Positions 13,286-26,808 of a stretch of DNA of 64,000 nucleotides are shown here, piece after piece. This stretch comes from Syncephalis fuscata S228 (taxonomy: Eukaryota > Fungi > Zoopagomycota), in assembly GCA_025786725.1 (NCBI GenBank), contig JAHLTZ010000029.1, positions 248,001-312,000 on the forward strand. Direction: 5' to 3'. Position 1 is the stretch's first letter. Each line of letters starts with the position of its first letter. The notes under the pieces are model-generated. The model did no database searches, was not told the origin of the DNA, and saw nothing but the letters and a program-made list of their open reading frames with translations. Made by a program: the position numbers and the translations under genes.

Positions 13286-14103
13286 TAATAATAATAATAA
13301 TAATAATGACTATACAGCTTTAGTTAACGGCTTTATTAATCTACGGCTATAACAACAACAATGATGACGACGACGACGATTATATCATCAGTACACTATC
13401 CTTTCCTATCCTTTCATTTCATTTTGTATTCTCCTTCTTTAAGTAACATGCCAGACACTTTATTTCAATGGTGTTTTAAATTTTTATTTTTATTTTTGTA
13501 AAATTCTAAATGTATTTTTATGATTGCATTTTTCAATTAAAGCAATCATACTACAGTAGTATCAAATACCCGTTAATATTTTATAGTTAGATCAGTAATT
13601 AGTATCAAACGAGAATAATTTGTAACAGAGACAAATATGGTATTATATTACCATTAAAATGCCTTTTAGTCTTTAAATTTAACGGATTAATTAGTATGTT
13701 TAATTTGAATGTAATAATAACGTGTATATGTTTTAATAATTTAATTATATTTTTTATAGTTTTGACTTGTTTAAAATGAATTGCTATTATAAAAATTACT
13801 ACTATTATTTAATAGCTTGAGGTTCTTTTAATTGTATTATTTAGCGTTATTAGCCATTTTTACTAACCATTTATCACTATTTAGTAGGATTTGGATTAAA
13901 TAGCCAAGTTTGATAATGCTCATCTTATTAAGCATGGAACTAAATGGCGAGTGACATCAAGCGTTAAGATGGACATTATCCTATATTCATACTAATGTGC
14001 ATTATTATATTTTATTTCAGCTATGTCTTATCTGAAATTTGTCGATTTGTTAACAGATTTATTGAGTGTGGATTTTGACTCGATTCGTTCACTATATTGC
14101 CAC

Positions 14104-14624
14104 ACACATTATAAGATTATCACCGGTATTCACATACTTGGATTTGTTTGTTTATATCAGTTTATATCATTTTATATCCGTTGCCTATTAAATGTGTTTT
14201 AATAAAACAAGTGTGATAATTAACATTTTAATTAGTAGATATGTATAAGCAATACATGCGGCTTTTTGCAAAACTACCAGTGGCCTGAATATTTAAAGTG
14301 ACAATTTTAAAATACTTTTTATCTTTTAATATGTCTATTAAATCAGAATAAACGCAGCATAAGCCATGTACTTAATTTGATACTATTTTGAATACGTATG
14401 ACGAATTGATACAGCAGTGAATTATTTATTACTGTATATTAACAGTATTAAAAAATGTTATCAATTAGAATAATGGGGTAAATTATGTATATGATTGATA
14501 TATTTCTAACATGTTCGAAAATGCCGAATGCAGCAATGTGTGTGTGATTGCTATGCAGCACTAGCCGGATGTACATCAAATGCTTATCCAATTACTATGC
14601 TTAATGAGGCCTTGTACCAATTTG
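14104..14624. repeat. ~520-bp direct repeat, copy A (3' flank of 7TM gene A)
   Basis: Near-identical to 21380-21902, differing by eye only in isolated single-base indels. Confidence 0.92.
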
Positions 14625-14661
14625 TTGACTAATTACTTACAGACACATGCCCACTGTAATG

Positions 14662-14695
14662 GCACTTGTGATGGGGCACTTGTGATGGGGCACTT
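14662..14695. repeat. 14-bp tandem repeat GGCACTTGTGATGG, about 2.4 copies
   Basis: ggcacttgtgatgg-ggcacttgtgatgg-ggcact; absent from the paralogous locus. Confidence 0.8.
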
Positions 14696-14810
14696 TAGCA
14701 ATTGTCAAAGTTGGTTTATTAAATAATTTGGTTATTAGCAAAAAATCTATAGCATTATAAACATATCAATTATTATACGATATAGACGGCTGGTTGATCA
14801 GTTGGTTGTA

Positions 14811-15788
14811 TTAGCGTTTTTTTTTATATGTTGGTGATGGTACTTGTGAAATATGAAGCATTTTCTCCGTTTTTGGATGATTAACATCATCTAATACGCT
14901 GCGTGTCTTGCGGCAGCTTTCAACTAAAACAGTTGAACAAATTGAACTAAAATAGCTTTACGTCAATATGGAACAAGATATTCTAGTTAATTAAACTTAC
15001 CAGTCAATAAAATAGAAAAGCATCCCAAGATTCGGAAAAATATCAACATACATTATAGCGCTGCAGATTGTATTACAAATTATAACAAGGCACATAAATT
15101 GAATGCCATCGCTAGCTAAACACTTCCAGGTCTTAGAACCAAATGTGCAATATTGTTTATAAGCCATGTAGCTGAATACCGATGAGAGAAATAGATTGAC
15201 AATTAGAGAGGTAAAGAACCAAATAGAAGTCCATATTTTTGGATAATAAATGTGTCCACGGCGATAAAAATCAATATTAACAATAACAGCAACATTAAAC
15301 AACATAACGGGAGTTGCTATTTGCAGTATAATTAATATTATGCCTATTACAAGTATCCAGCGATTTTTATGGGACATTATGTATGCTTTTTGCAGTAAAA
15401 TGGCACTGTAGCATAAAATGGAAATGGGGATGGCCCATCCAGCATAAAGCATTAGCCTATCAATATAAAAGTATTTTCCCAATTGAAACATGATTGTGAG
15501 TACTGATATACCGATACATAGAATTGAAGGTATTAAGCAACACCATCTTGCAAATGCTCGCGGTTGCGCTATAACTAGTCGAAGAGAAATATTGATATTG
15601 CGCACTTGAACATAACTCATAACAACATGAACCATAAGATGTATCCAAATATATGGAAATAGCGTCTGTATTGTCTTTGGGTGGTTCAAGGAGCTTATTT
15701 TTGAAATCTCGTAAAAATCCATCGGGTATGGATCGGTATCATTATCATGGTGCAGTCCATGTTGCTTTATGTTAAGACCATTGAACAT
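14811..15788 (-). CDS. Lineage-specific seven-transmembrane (GPCR-like) protein, copy A; exons 15788-15001 and 14946-14811
   Basis: Seven hydrophobic segments. Motifs WCCLIPS, ILLQKAY, NLFLSSVFSYMAY and WKCLASDGIQFMC are shared with the paralogue at 22-23 kb, and the intron position is the same. Confidence 0.8.
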
Positions 15789-16440
15789 ACTGTCAGCTAA
15801 TGTAGTGAAAATAAATGAATATGGAATAATAAATAAAGCGCTGTTTGTGGAATGTGAAAGAATTGGGATTTTATACGCTACAAGCCCAGATGCATATCAA
15901 GGATCCGAAACTGGTTTTTATGTATAAATGCCAAAATCAGGCTGTATTCCTCTTTTAGCCAATAACCTATTACATACAACTAAACGGCAAAGCTTTTGTT
16001 GGACTAATATGAATATAGAGTTGGCTGCTGTATACAGCGAGCAGCTTTCCCAGCAAGCATTTACAAGTATTGTCAAAGATACACCAATAGTTGATGAACT
16101 TGTATTAAACATTATGACTATATTAACTGTGACGCTTCAATAAATGGCTAATCAGTTATATTAATTCTCGATATATTAATAGTTATAGTACAAAAATCAA
16201 TAATTTGGTATTAGTTATTGGTGTTATTTTCAAATAACTGACAGTAGAAACTTTCGCAATCATTTGCATGATATTCACGCACGAGACTTTGCCTAATTAG
16301 CCATAGTACTTGTAACAATGAATCAAATGCACTTTATCTATGGTACTAATATATTGCTGTATTAATCATTGTTAATTACCCATTAAAAAACACAAAGTGC
16401 TATATTGCAACACCAATGTAATATCTAATTTGTAAATCTT

Positions 16441-17720
16441 TACTGTTTAAGCACGGATGACTTGGGGGACACAGTGTATGGCGGCAGCAATACAACGTTT
16501 ATCATAGATTTAACCGCTTCCCTTATTTGAAACTTGGGGACCTTAGGATGACTGATCGAGTAATAGTAAGAATAAGTATCAATAAGTTGCACGTTGATAC
16601 TTTTGACGAGTCCAGGTCGTCGTGCTGGCGCAACTTCGCCAAGATCGGCCGAGTATGTCGAAGTGAAATCTGAAAAAAATAGCTCTTTTCCACTATTGAT
16701 GCAAATGTCTGGAAAACAGTGTTACTATTCCACTAAGAGTAGAATAATAAACAGATTACTAATATCATGCTTGGTCTTGAGTAACCTATAATGTTAGTAA
16801 TTAGTGTTATCTAAGACTTACTTAATTGTTTTTATAAATAAAGATTATAACCTTTAATTAATAATTTCCACAGAAGTAGAATAAATGACTAAAATAGTGT
16901 TAGCTCAGATAAAAAGATCAGTTCAGTCTAGCAATCACTGCAAGACTGAATTGATCAAAAAGATTCAAGATTCAAATAAAATAAAAAGAATTTAAAACCA
17001 AGATAAGATAATGTTTATTAAGATTAAAAATATGGCTGCCATTTTATAGCAAATGGTCTTGAATATTACGAAGGAAGAACTTGAACGACTTGTCTGTTCA
17101 ATTTCTTCAGGCAATATGGGGCTAGTTTTACTGTAATAAGTAATATGGAGCCGTGAACTGCAAGTATTTATAGGCACTGTGTTTCTTGCCAAGAGTTAGG
17201 AACGATTGTAGTGTTGGGATCGTCGTGGCTTAACCGAAAGAATGGCCATCTTTTACTAGGACCCTGACTATTACCGGAAATGGGAATAGTCACGTGATGA
17301 AGTTATTGCTAATTAAGTTTTCTACCAAATATGGTAAATAACGCAACTTACACCACAATTATACTGGTGAAATAGTAACACTATTATTTTTAGTGCATTG
17401 CTATGTTTGATTGCATGTTCATGTATTGCTCATTAATCGAAAACAGAAAGCAAGTTATCGTCGCCATAAAAAGCAGCCTCATAATCAAAATAGCCAATTT
17501 TGGATGTGGCAAATCATAGGCAAAACATAAAACTCCTATGCGGAAGTTTATCAATTGTGTTCCAAGAAACTGTGCTATAATAAATTGAGCACGTGTGTCA
17601 CCGTTACGGCGTTCTGTAACAGATCCATACACAATTCAGACTGTGACCAATTTTTTTATCAAATGTGTTTAGTGCACTGGCTGTACATGACACAAGCAGT
17701 AGATTTAGATGCCGATTTTA
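16441..17720 (-). pseudogene. Possible decayed membrane-protein gene
   Basis: Minus-strand GTAAGT..TACTAAC..TAG intron-like segment at 16821-16786, an open frame 16441-~16710 and hydrophobic ORF fragments 16992-17192 and 17390-17632. No continuous frame. Confidence 0.25.
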
Positions 17721-18374
17721 CCACAATGTCGTATATCTGCTTTTTCAATTTTCTTTTATTATTAACCGAACTAAACTAAACAGCCTTAAGACTTTAAACA
17801 GATATATATATATGATCTTGTATCCATGCTTGTCTTTAGTTCTGCATCTTTTTTCTTGACCCGGTTTGTGGTCGGGTGGGTGGGATATTCATATATGATT
17901 ATAATTATATTTATTTCGTACTAATTATAATAATCAGAGAACATGATCTGTCCATGTTACATAGGAACATTGCATGGCATAGCGTGTATTATTACTAATT
18001 TTGGTGTGTAAAGTAAACTGCGACATAGGCACGTTTTTTAGACAGCCGGTATCAGACTTGCCGCAATCCGGCCGTGTACTTGCCGTTCCGCAATCACCCA
18101 TGATACTCAGGCTTTCATGTTCACTATCAGCGCTTGATCTCCCGTACTTTGAAGAATATCATCGCGGATATAACGCTAACCCCGCCAAGCATATGTGCGA
18201 GAACAACACATATATAAATCAGACACTCTACCATTGTGATTAGCAACATTATACGCAAAGTTTGTCATCAATTTATTGAGTTTTCTATTTATGCCATTTT
18301 ACAGTTAAAACGCGTTATTGGCTGCTTTTCATTGTCTTGCCCTCCCTTTAGTTATATTTTTTTGAACGGCCACC

Positions 18375-20152
18375 ATGCCAGCTCCGGCTATTGATAGTAG
18401 TATTGCCAGCCATAACCTACGGTTGCGACATACCAGAAAATCTCAACATGAAGAACGTTTATTTAATTTGAAAACAAGACTGCCAATGTCCACTAAGAAA
18501 GCAGCGCCCAAATCAAATGCCGTACCCCTGAATCCCATTGACGACATGTTTGTTCGAATGGAAGCGCCAGAACGCAATCTTGCTGTTGCTTCGCTTTTCT
18601 GGGTGGAAGGCGATGTTGAGATCGATACTGTTCTATCCTTAATGCAGCGTCTCATTGATGCAGAAGCAAAATTCCGGCAACGCTGTGTCCCAGGTACCTT
18701 TTTAAAGCCTGCCTATTGGATAGATATGTCCGATGATAACAAATACGATGCCAGCGATAACGTAAAACCATTGGATCATCCGTGGTCAGTTCAAGATCAA
18801 CTTGATCTTGCAGAATTCAACTCGGCCGCCATTACTCCTGGCATGACGATGGAGGAATACGAGGAGAAGTGGATCGAGGATAGATTCAGTGAACATGCCG
18901 GCACTGTTTTTGACACACGTCTTCCATTGTGGCGCATGCTATTGATGCGTGGTCTACCAAACAAACGTTCAGTAATTGCTATGGTAGCCCATCATTGTAT
19001 GGCTGACGGACAAGGCTTTGCCCATGTTATGAGCAAAATTATGTCGCCAGTTGATGATGAATCCATCGATCAAAAGGTATCCCAACCAACAACAGCTCCT
19101 ACTTCGTCGTCCATGCCATCTGAAACGACGAACGAAAAGCCAAAAAACCAGGCAAAACTGCTTAAAAAGAATAGCAACTACATGGATACACCAAATGCAT
19201 TTATACTTGCTGCCTACACGCAGTTAGAATACTTTTTAGCGGTATTTATGCATATTCTACTTGTTATTTGGTATTCAGCTTTGAGCATGACACGTATGGC
19301 GTTCTATAACCGCCACAGCTTCCGTTGCACAGAACCACAAAGACAAGAAAAACGTGCAGCATGGTCAAAGGCAATGAGTATTAATGATATTAAAGTGGTT
19401 CGAAAGGCTTATCCAGGTACTACGCTTAATGATGTGATGGTAGCCTGTCTCGAGCGGTCTTTCACTGCTTATATGGACTCAATTGACCAGGACGCTATTA
19501 GTGGCCAAATTGATCCAGAAATTCTTAAAAAGCGCAATCACACACGCGACCAAGTCATTACATTGACCGTTCCAAAGGGCCTTCGAGGTGCCAATGATAC
19601 TCGTTTTGAAAATCTTGCCGGTATTGAATATTTACTACTTCCGCTTTTGCCACAATCTGCCCCAACCTCCACCGCACTTAGCCATGCTACCAAGCATATG
19701 AACCGCGTGAAAATGGCCCAACTTGCTCCATTTATGCGATCGACAGCCTCTATACTTTCTGCGCTTAGTCCAGGATTTCTCTCGTCACCAGTGTAAGTGT
19801 AATTGTGTAATTGCTTTATTTAACTACTAATCTACTTTATTGCAGCATAAATACTTACATGGATAAGCTTCACGGAATTCTTACCAACGTACCTGGCTCA
19901 CCCAAGCAGCTTTATTTCACCAATGGTGACAAAAGACATCGCATTCTTTCGTCTATTATGTACCCACCAGCACTCTTTGCAGGCTCGACTGGTATAGCTA
20001 TTTGCTCCTACAATGGAGATGTAACATTGGGAGCAGTCACCGACGACATGCCTGAATATCCTGACCAGGCACGTAAGATTGTTAACGGCATGCACGCCGC
20101 ATTCGAGAAAATGCTTGAAGATGCTTATGAAAAGCTTCAACAACAAAACTAG
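18375..20152 (+). CDS. Wax ester synthase/diacylglycerol acyltransferase (WS/DGAT, WSD1-like); one intron ~19792-19843
   Basis: Catalytic HHxxxDG (AHHCMADG), PLWRM, GTTLNDV, LTNVPGS and ICSYNGDV motifs. Confidence 0.9.
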
Positions 20153-21379
20153 ATTACGCATATGTACTACTTATATGATATCCAATAGCTATATATACTT
20201 TATTACTGCACAACATTTTATAAACAATCTATTAAATCGCTTAGTGTAATTTTAAGTGCAAATGGCTAAATTCAATAATATTCATACAATTAAATTAAAC
20301 ATTCGTTTGATTAAACATAAAATTAAATGGTGAGTGACATCAACCATCAAATACTTATTATTGTAGATTTATTATCCAGTATGCATATTTTATTATATTA
20401 CATTTTGACTTCTTTATGTTACATTAAGTATATACTGCCAAATTTGCTGTATGCTTTATTTTTACTGGTGATCACAATTGCAATCATCCAACAATAGCTT
20501 TGCAATCTCGACGGTAGCAACGCAAACTGCTCCTTCTAATACGATATAAGCTGATTCCACACGACTACAGTGGTGTTTTATGGCAAAACAAAACATAAAA
20601 TAAATTTGATAACATATAGCCGCCACAGTCAACGTGTACAGCTGCACATGTGTAACAGTAGAAGTACGGAAAGTATTACCGAAATAGTCGCTGGAAAGCC
20701 TCTAGTGGCAATACAGCAGTGCAATCTACTACTATTGCTACAGAGATATGTGTACAATCGTGACGGATTGTTGCAGTGCATTTGTTTGCAATACATTCTA
20801 TTAGTCCCATACGTAAAACATGTTTTTAAATTTATTAAGCAAATGCCATCATATTTATTCAATAAAGCATGTTGCTAGCAACAACATACGAGATCATACA
20901 AGTTACTATGTGTTTATAGTGCTCATTTTAAAGAATCTTTTGTATACTCATCATTGAATGAGTTGCTATTATTGTTATTCAATTGCTTGCTGATAGCATT
21001 GATAAATAGTGCTAATTTGTTATTTTGCGTAACTTGAAATTGTCAGATAATATAGTTTCACTTCTTATCTTAGATTGTTTACTTTTTGTTTAGCTACTAT
21101 GTTTGTGGCTGCTATGTCGTTTAGATTTAAATGTAAGCTATTATTACATTTTTTTGCATTCATATCACTTTATTTTGACTCAAATAATAACTATATTCTA
21201 AAAAAAATTGTGCTTACTAAATGCTAGCAAGATAAATAATAAATGATATCACATATTCTATTTCTTCAAACAAAATTTGTCCATTCATTATATTGTCTAC
21301 TGATTACATTCCATCAATGAAAATTATTTGTTTATTACTAACTGTATCTATTCTAGGTATCAATACATATTGCTGCCAT

Positions 21380-21902
21380 ACACATTATAAGATTATCACC
21401 GGTATTCACATACTTGGATTTGTTTGTTTATATCAGTTTATATCATTTTATATCCGTTGCCTATTAAATGTGTTTTAATAAAACAAGTGTGATAATTAAC
21501 ATTTTAATTAGTAGATATGTATAAGCAATACCATGCGGCTTTTTGCAAAACTACCAGTGGCCTGAATATTTAAAGTGACAATTTTAAAATACTTTTTATC
21601 TTTTAATATGTCTATTAAATCAGAATAAACGCAGCATAAGCCATGTACTTAATTTGATACTATTTTGAATACGTATGACGAATTGATACAGCAGTGAATT
21701 ATTTATTACTGTATATTAACAGTATTAAAAAATGTTATCAATTAGAATAATGGGGTAAATTATGTATATGATTGATATATTTCTAACATGTTCGAAAATG
21801 CCGAATGCAGCAATGTGTGTGTGATTGCTATGCAGCACTAGCCGGATGTACATCAAATGCTTATCCAATTACTATGCTTAGATGAGGCCTTGTACCAATT
21901 TG
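21380..21902. repeat. ~520-bp direct repeat, copy B (3' flank of 7TM gene B)
   Basis: Near-identical to 14104-14624. Confidence 0.92.
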
Positions 21903-22104
21903 CGCAACTAATCACTTGCAGATATCTATCTACCATAATTCTATCTGTAATAAGACGTTTTAGCAATTGTTGAAATTAGTTTATTAAATAATTTGATTAT
22001 CATTAAAAGTTGCGTGTCTGTTTAGCAGATCGGTTAAATAAATAAGAATTAAAAGCTGCGTAGTATTATAGATATGTTAACTATGATACAGTATATATAG
22101 TTGA

Positions 22105-23093
22105 TTAGCTGACTGTAGTAGAATTTGTTTCTTCATATATTGATGATGGCATTTTCAGAATACGAATCGCCCTTTCCGTTTTTAGAAGACTAGCCTCAGT
22201 TAATACATCGCGTGTTTTACGACAGTTTTCGACTAAAATAGTTGAGCAGACTCCACTAAAACAGCTTTACGTTAATATAGAACATGATTTGTAATTAACT
22301 AAACTTACCAGTCAATAAAACAAAGAAGTAAAAAAAGATCCGAAATGTTGCCAAAAAACACCACAACAGCCCAGGCTATGTTACAAAGTATAGCAAGGCA
22401 CATGAATTGAATGCCATCGCTAGCTAAACGTTTCCAGGTCTTGGAGCCATACTTGCGATATTGTCTATAGGCCATATAGCTGAATACCGACGAAAGAAAC
22501 AGATTGACAGCTAGAGATGTACAGAACCAGATAAAAACCCACCCCGTTGAGTAATAAATGTATCCACGGCGATAGAAATCAGTATTAACAATAACAGCAA
22601 TGTTCAGCATCATAATGGGTGCTATTGTTTGCAGTATAATTAATATTATGCCTATTACAAGTATCCAGCGAGTTTTAAGAGACATTATGTATGCTTTTTG
22701 CAGTAAAATGGTACTGTAGCATAGCATGGAGATGGGGATGGCCCATCCAGCATAAAGCGATGTTGTATCCATATAAAAGAATCTTCCCAATTGAAACATG
22801 GCTGTGAGTATTGATAGGCCAATACATAGAACTGAAGGTATCAAGCAACACCATCTTGCAAGTGCTCGCGGCTGTTCTACAACCAATCGAATAGCGATGT
22901 TGATATTGCGTGCATGAACATAGCTCATAGCAGCATGAACTAAAAGATGTGACCAGGTATATCTCAGTTGTGTTTGCAGCTCTTTTGGATCAAAAGGGCC
23001 CTTTGGTAGAAACTCATAAACTTCCATTCGGTATGGATGAGCAGCACCATTATCATATGGTTTAGACATTTTTATGCTGAAACTATCAAACAT
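22105..23093 (-). CDS. Lineage-specific seven-transmembrane (GPCR-like) protein, copy B; exons 23093-22309 and 22255-22105
   Basis: Clear paralogue of 14811-15788 with the same intron. The upstream region (to ~23470) is also homologous to 15790-16170. Confidence 0.8.
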
Positions 23094-25044
23094 GCTGCTA
23101 GTTAATGTAGTGAGATATATAAATATGGCGGAATAAACGAAGCACTGCTGTGAAGAATAGGAAAGAAGTTGGAATTCTATAATTTGCGAGTCCAGATGCA
23201 TAATGGGGTTTGAAAACCGGTATTTATACACAAAACAGGAATCAGACTCCATTTTTGTCTGTCATTAGCCTATTACCCAAGGTCAAATAGCAACGCTTTA
23301 TTACGCTAATAAAGTGATCACAAATTGGCATGCATATTGTGGGCAATTATATCTCATAAATATCTACAAGTATCACTAAAGATATGGCAATAGCTGGCAC
23401 AAGTGCATTAAACACTATGGCTACACTAGCTGTGACATTTCAATAACTGGCTGATTAGCTGTACTATTTCTCTATGGATTGTTTATCACATTTTTAAAAT
23501 AAGGTAGTTTTGCTGTTCTCGGATAACTAAACAAGTTTAGAGCACTTTGAGTTTATAAAAGCCTCAGTTAAGATAGCCGATTGTATTGCGTTGCTTAACA
23601 CAAATATATTGGAAATGATATAGGCCGAATCAGATAAGCACTGTTTTGATGCATCATACTAAATAAAGGTCATTATCTGTAATATGATATTTAGCCATTG
23701 TATTCGTATTAACATGCTAAAATATTGCAATTACAACTACATTTAATAAACTATTCTATCTTTATAATGCATACCGTAAATATTTAAATATCCCTTTTTA
23801 CCTAGATGGGAGAAGGAGGCTCAGCTTACATTCTCGATGATGTTTAAATTGGTTTATAATAGCTTGAAAAACTCAGCAAACTTACCATTTTCAGTCTAGA
23901 TAGGTTCGGTAATAGCAAGCCATTTTTGCTTGCTGTGACATCCTGATTCCATACAATCCAAGATTTCTTGCGAAATAAGGCGGTGTTTAAGAGGAATGCT
24001 CTATACTAGTATTTTTCTCAAAGTGTTATTGTTGCAAACGCAGCAAATTTGCAAGATAAATAATTTGTTAAAATAAAATGATGATACTAAATACAATACC
24101 TGGAAAAAACAGATATTCACTTTAATGGCAACAGGCTTTCTGCGACAAAGGTGTCATTCGAACAAATAAAATATATGATTGATGTGCGAAAATATCGTAA
24201 TGGCTTTGCAGTCTGCATGGCCATGCTATTCATAATCAGTGCAAATTATTACAAATAGATGCTAGCCATGCAAATAAATTCAAGCTATCAATAATTTATA
24301 ATTACAAATGGTACATTGCTTTTCATATGTTTTTTTTTACTTTTATATTAATCAAATCAAATGTTTCTGATATTTATTTATTATTACTATATAACGTCAT
24401 AACGTTGATTTTCGTTCATTGCATGAGCATGGAACCAGCTCTGTTGCTACAATTACAAGCAAAGGCGGCTTGTAATACTGGTTAGTTGTGTCAAACAAGC
24501 TTGTTTGAGTAGCAGAAATGGAATGCTCATGGATTTTTCGACTGCATATGCATGGAATCGTCTATAGATTTCCACGCCTAAAACGGCAAATAGCAGTTTT
24601 CCGGATAAACTAATTGCAATACGGTGTGATCTTGGTGATATTGTCGGATGTAGAACGCAAATAGCTTCAAAGTCAGTTAGCCTTTTGTGGTAGCTAATAA
24701 ATTATTGCTTATCTGCCGGAATATTTCTGGATGATCGCCACGTGAATGACTATTTTGTTTTAGTAATGAGAGTTTAAAGAATTCTTAAGGAAGTTCCACA
24801 CATGTTGATGCAAAACTGCACCATGTGCTTTGTCCATTTGCTATAATGGCCATTGCTGATGAATTACATCATAATGTCCCACTACATGGTGTTGGAAAGA
24901 GGCAGAACCAGCAGTCAACGACTATAAATTCGACAGTCCAGTCCGTTGGAATAATGGCAGATCTACACTTGGACCTGTTTTATCATTAGCTAAACTTCTT
25001 ACTCTTTTGCTTTCTGCACTTATCATTAACTACACTTTACAACC

Positions 25045-25797
25045 ATGTCCAGACTTACCTATATTACCAGTGCTCTATTGCTTGCCACTGCTGTCACTGC
25101 CCAGACTGCCAATAACACACAAGCCATCACCAATGCTGCCAAAGCCAACTTGGATTTGATGAAACAGAAAGAGGATTCCCGCAACACGCCCATCACCGGT
25201 ATTTCCGCAGACTGCCAGACTGCTATTAGCGGCCGCGATGTAAATCCCGAGTGTGTAGATGATATCGAAACCAACCCCCAGGACAAAGATTTTGCTGCCA
25301 CCTGCACTGCCCCTGCCGATGGCGGCAAAGATCATCGCTGCTCGGCTGATCAAGTCCTTAAGGCACTCGATATACTTGAATCTAAATGCTCTGCCGAACT
25401 CACTGCCAAAAATGCCGACATTGTAGGCTACTTCTCTCGCTGGCAAACCTACACCATCAACTACAATATACTGTGCACCAAAAACAGTGCAGGCAACTAC
25501 TGTATCCTTGACACTGCTAACACCAATGCCACCAACAACCAATGCGTTACCGAACAGTTGAAATTGGTTAAGGAATGGAAAGCACCACGCCAGGACAAGT
25601 ACACAAACGATTCTGCCGCTAGCCTGCGCACATCTGCCGCTGATCTTGCCAAACAAAACAGTGTTAACGTCAACACTGGTTCATCCAGCAATGGCACTAA
25701 TGGTAGCAAAGATAACAACTCATCCTCCAAGATGTCTTCTCTAACCACTAGCACTGCCGCTTTCACAGCAGGACTACTCGCCATTGCGTCTCTATGA
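25045..25797 (+). CDS. Secreted, probably GPI-anchored cysteine-containing protein (250 aa, intronless)
   Basis: Signal peptide MSRLTYITSALLLATAVTA, 8 Cys including CTKNSAGNYC, Ser/Asn-rich stalk, hydrophobic C-terminal tail; TATA box at ~24923. Confidence 0.85.
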   Translation: MSRLTYITSALLLATAVTAQTANNTQAITNAAKANLDLMKQKEDSRNTPITGISADCQTAISGRDVNPECVDDIETNPQDKDFAATCTAPADGGKDHRCSADQVLKALDILESKCSAELTAKNADIVGYFSRWQTYTINYNILCTKNSAGNYCILDTANTNATNNQCVTEQLKLVKEWKAPRQDKYTNDSAASLRTSAADLAKQNSVNVNTGSSSNGTNGSKDNNSSSKMSSLTTSTAAFTAGLLAIASL

Positions 25798-26808
25798 TGT
25801 AAAATGCTGTTAAATATATGAAATAAACTTTTCCACAACATACGTGTTAAATGCACAAGAAAGTATCAAATATTTGCATAATCAATGTAAATATTAGTTG
25901 CACTAGATGCAATATGCCAAAAAAAGAAATAACACCCACTAGAATATTAAACAATTTATTATTGTTTTAAATTACGTAAAACCATCAGTACGTACTTTCA
26001 AAAAAAATTCAAAATAGTAGCCAAATAATAAACAAAAGTTTTTTTAATGATAGTGAGTGCAGTATGTGATAAAATGATATAGCGAAATTAATGAGCAACG
26101 AAAATAAAATGAATAAATAGAGGACATACACGTAAAAACGATGATGATGTTGATTTGATAGCTGATATTATTCACCATCCAACTTTATCCTTAATAAATG
26201 AATGCTATTAAATGTATAAATTTAATTACAAAATCATACTAACTGACTAATAAATTGTATAACATTAGTATAATAGTAATGAAAAAAAAAATAAGATGGC
26301 TAACTATACCATTAATATTATTGTTAGAATAATTGCATCATATTATTACTATCTATTTTCATTATCATTATTTATTATTTGCTTACATGGCTGTATATTA
26401 TTTTTAATTACTTTGCCTATGCTATGCTATACAAATTACAGTCTGCCATCAAATAGTCCACGTAGCACTAGCAAATAAATTTACGTTTTAGTAATTGATG
26501 AGTTCATAGACATATACAGTAAATAAATAATCAATTTACCATTAAGACATTTTTTAGTATATTAACTTACAATAAATAATACAACGTATTTACTATTGCT
26601 TGTTTACTCTATACATCTTGCACATCATTAAATACTGCTATGTATCTAAAGGCAATGCTATATTTGCTTGTGCAACGCATTACGTATATTTAAACAACAA
26701 AGGCTGAATGACGTATTCAATAAATAGCACATGTTTGGAAATTTGGTATTTCGCTTTTATTCTTCAGTTTAGTTCAGTTCTACTTTATTTAACAGTACTT
26801 TTAACCAA

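Noticed and set aside
14104-14624. 520-bp repeats as LTRs of a retroelement
   Set aside because: No TG..CA termini, target-site duplication, primer-binding site or gag/pol between them, and homology continues into the adjacent genes.
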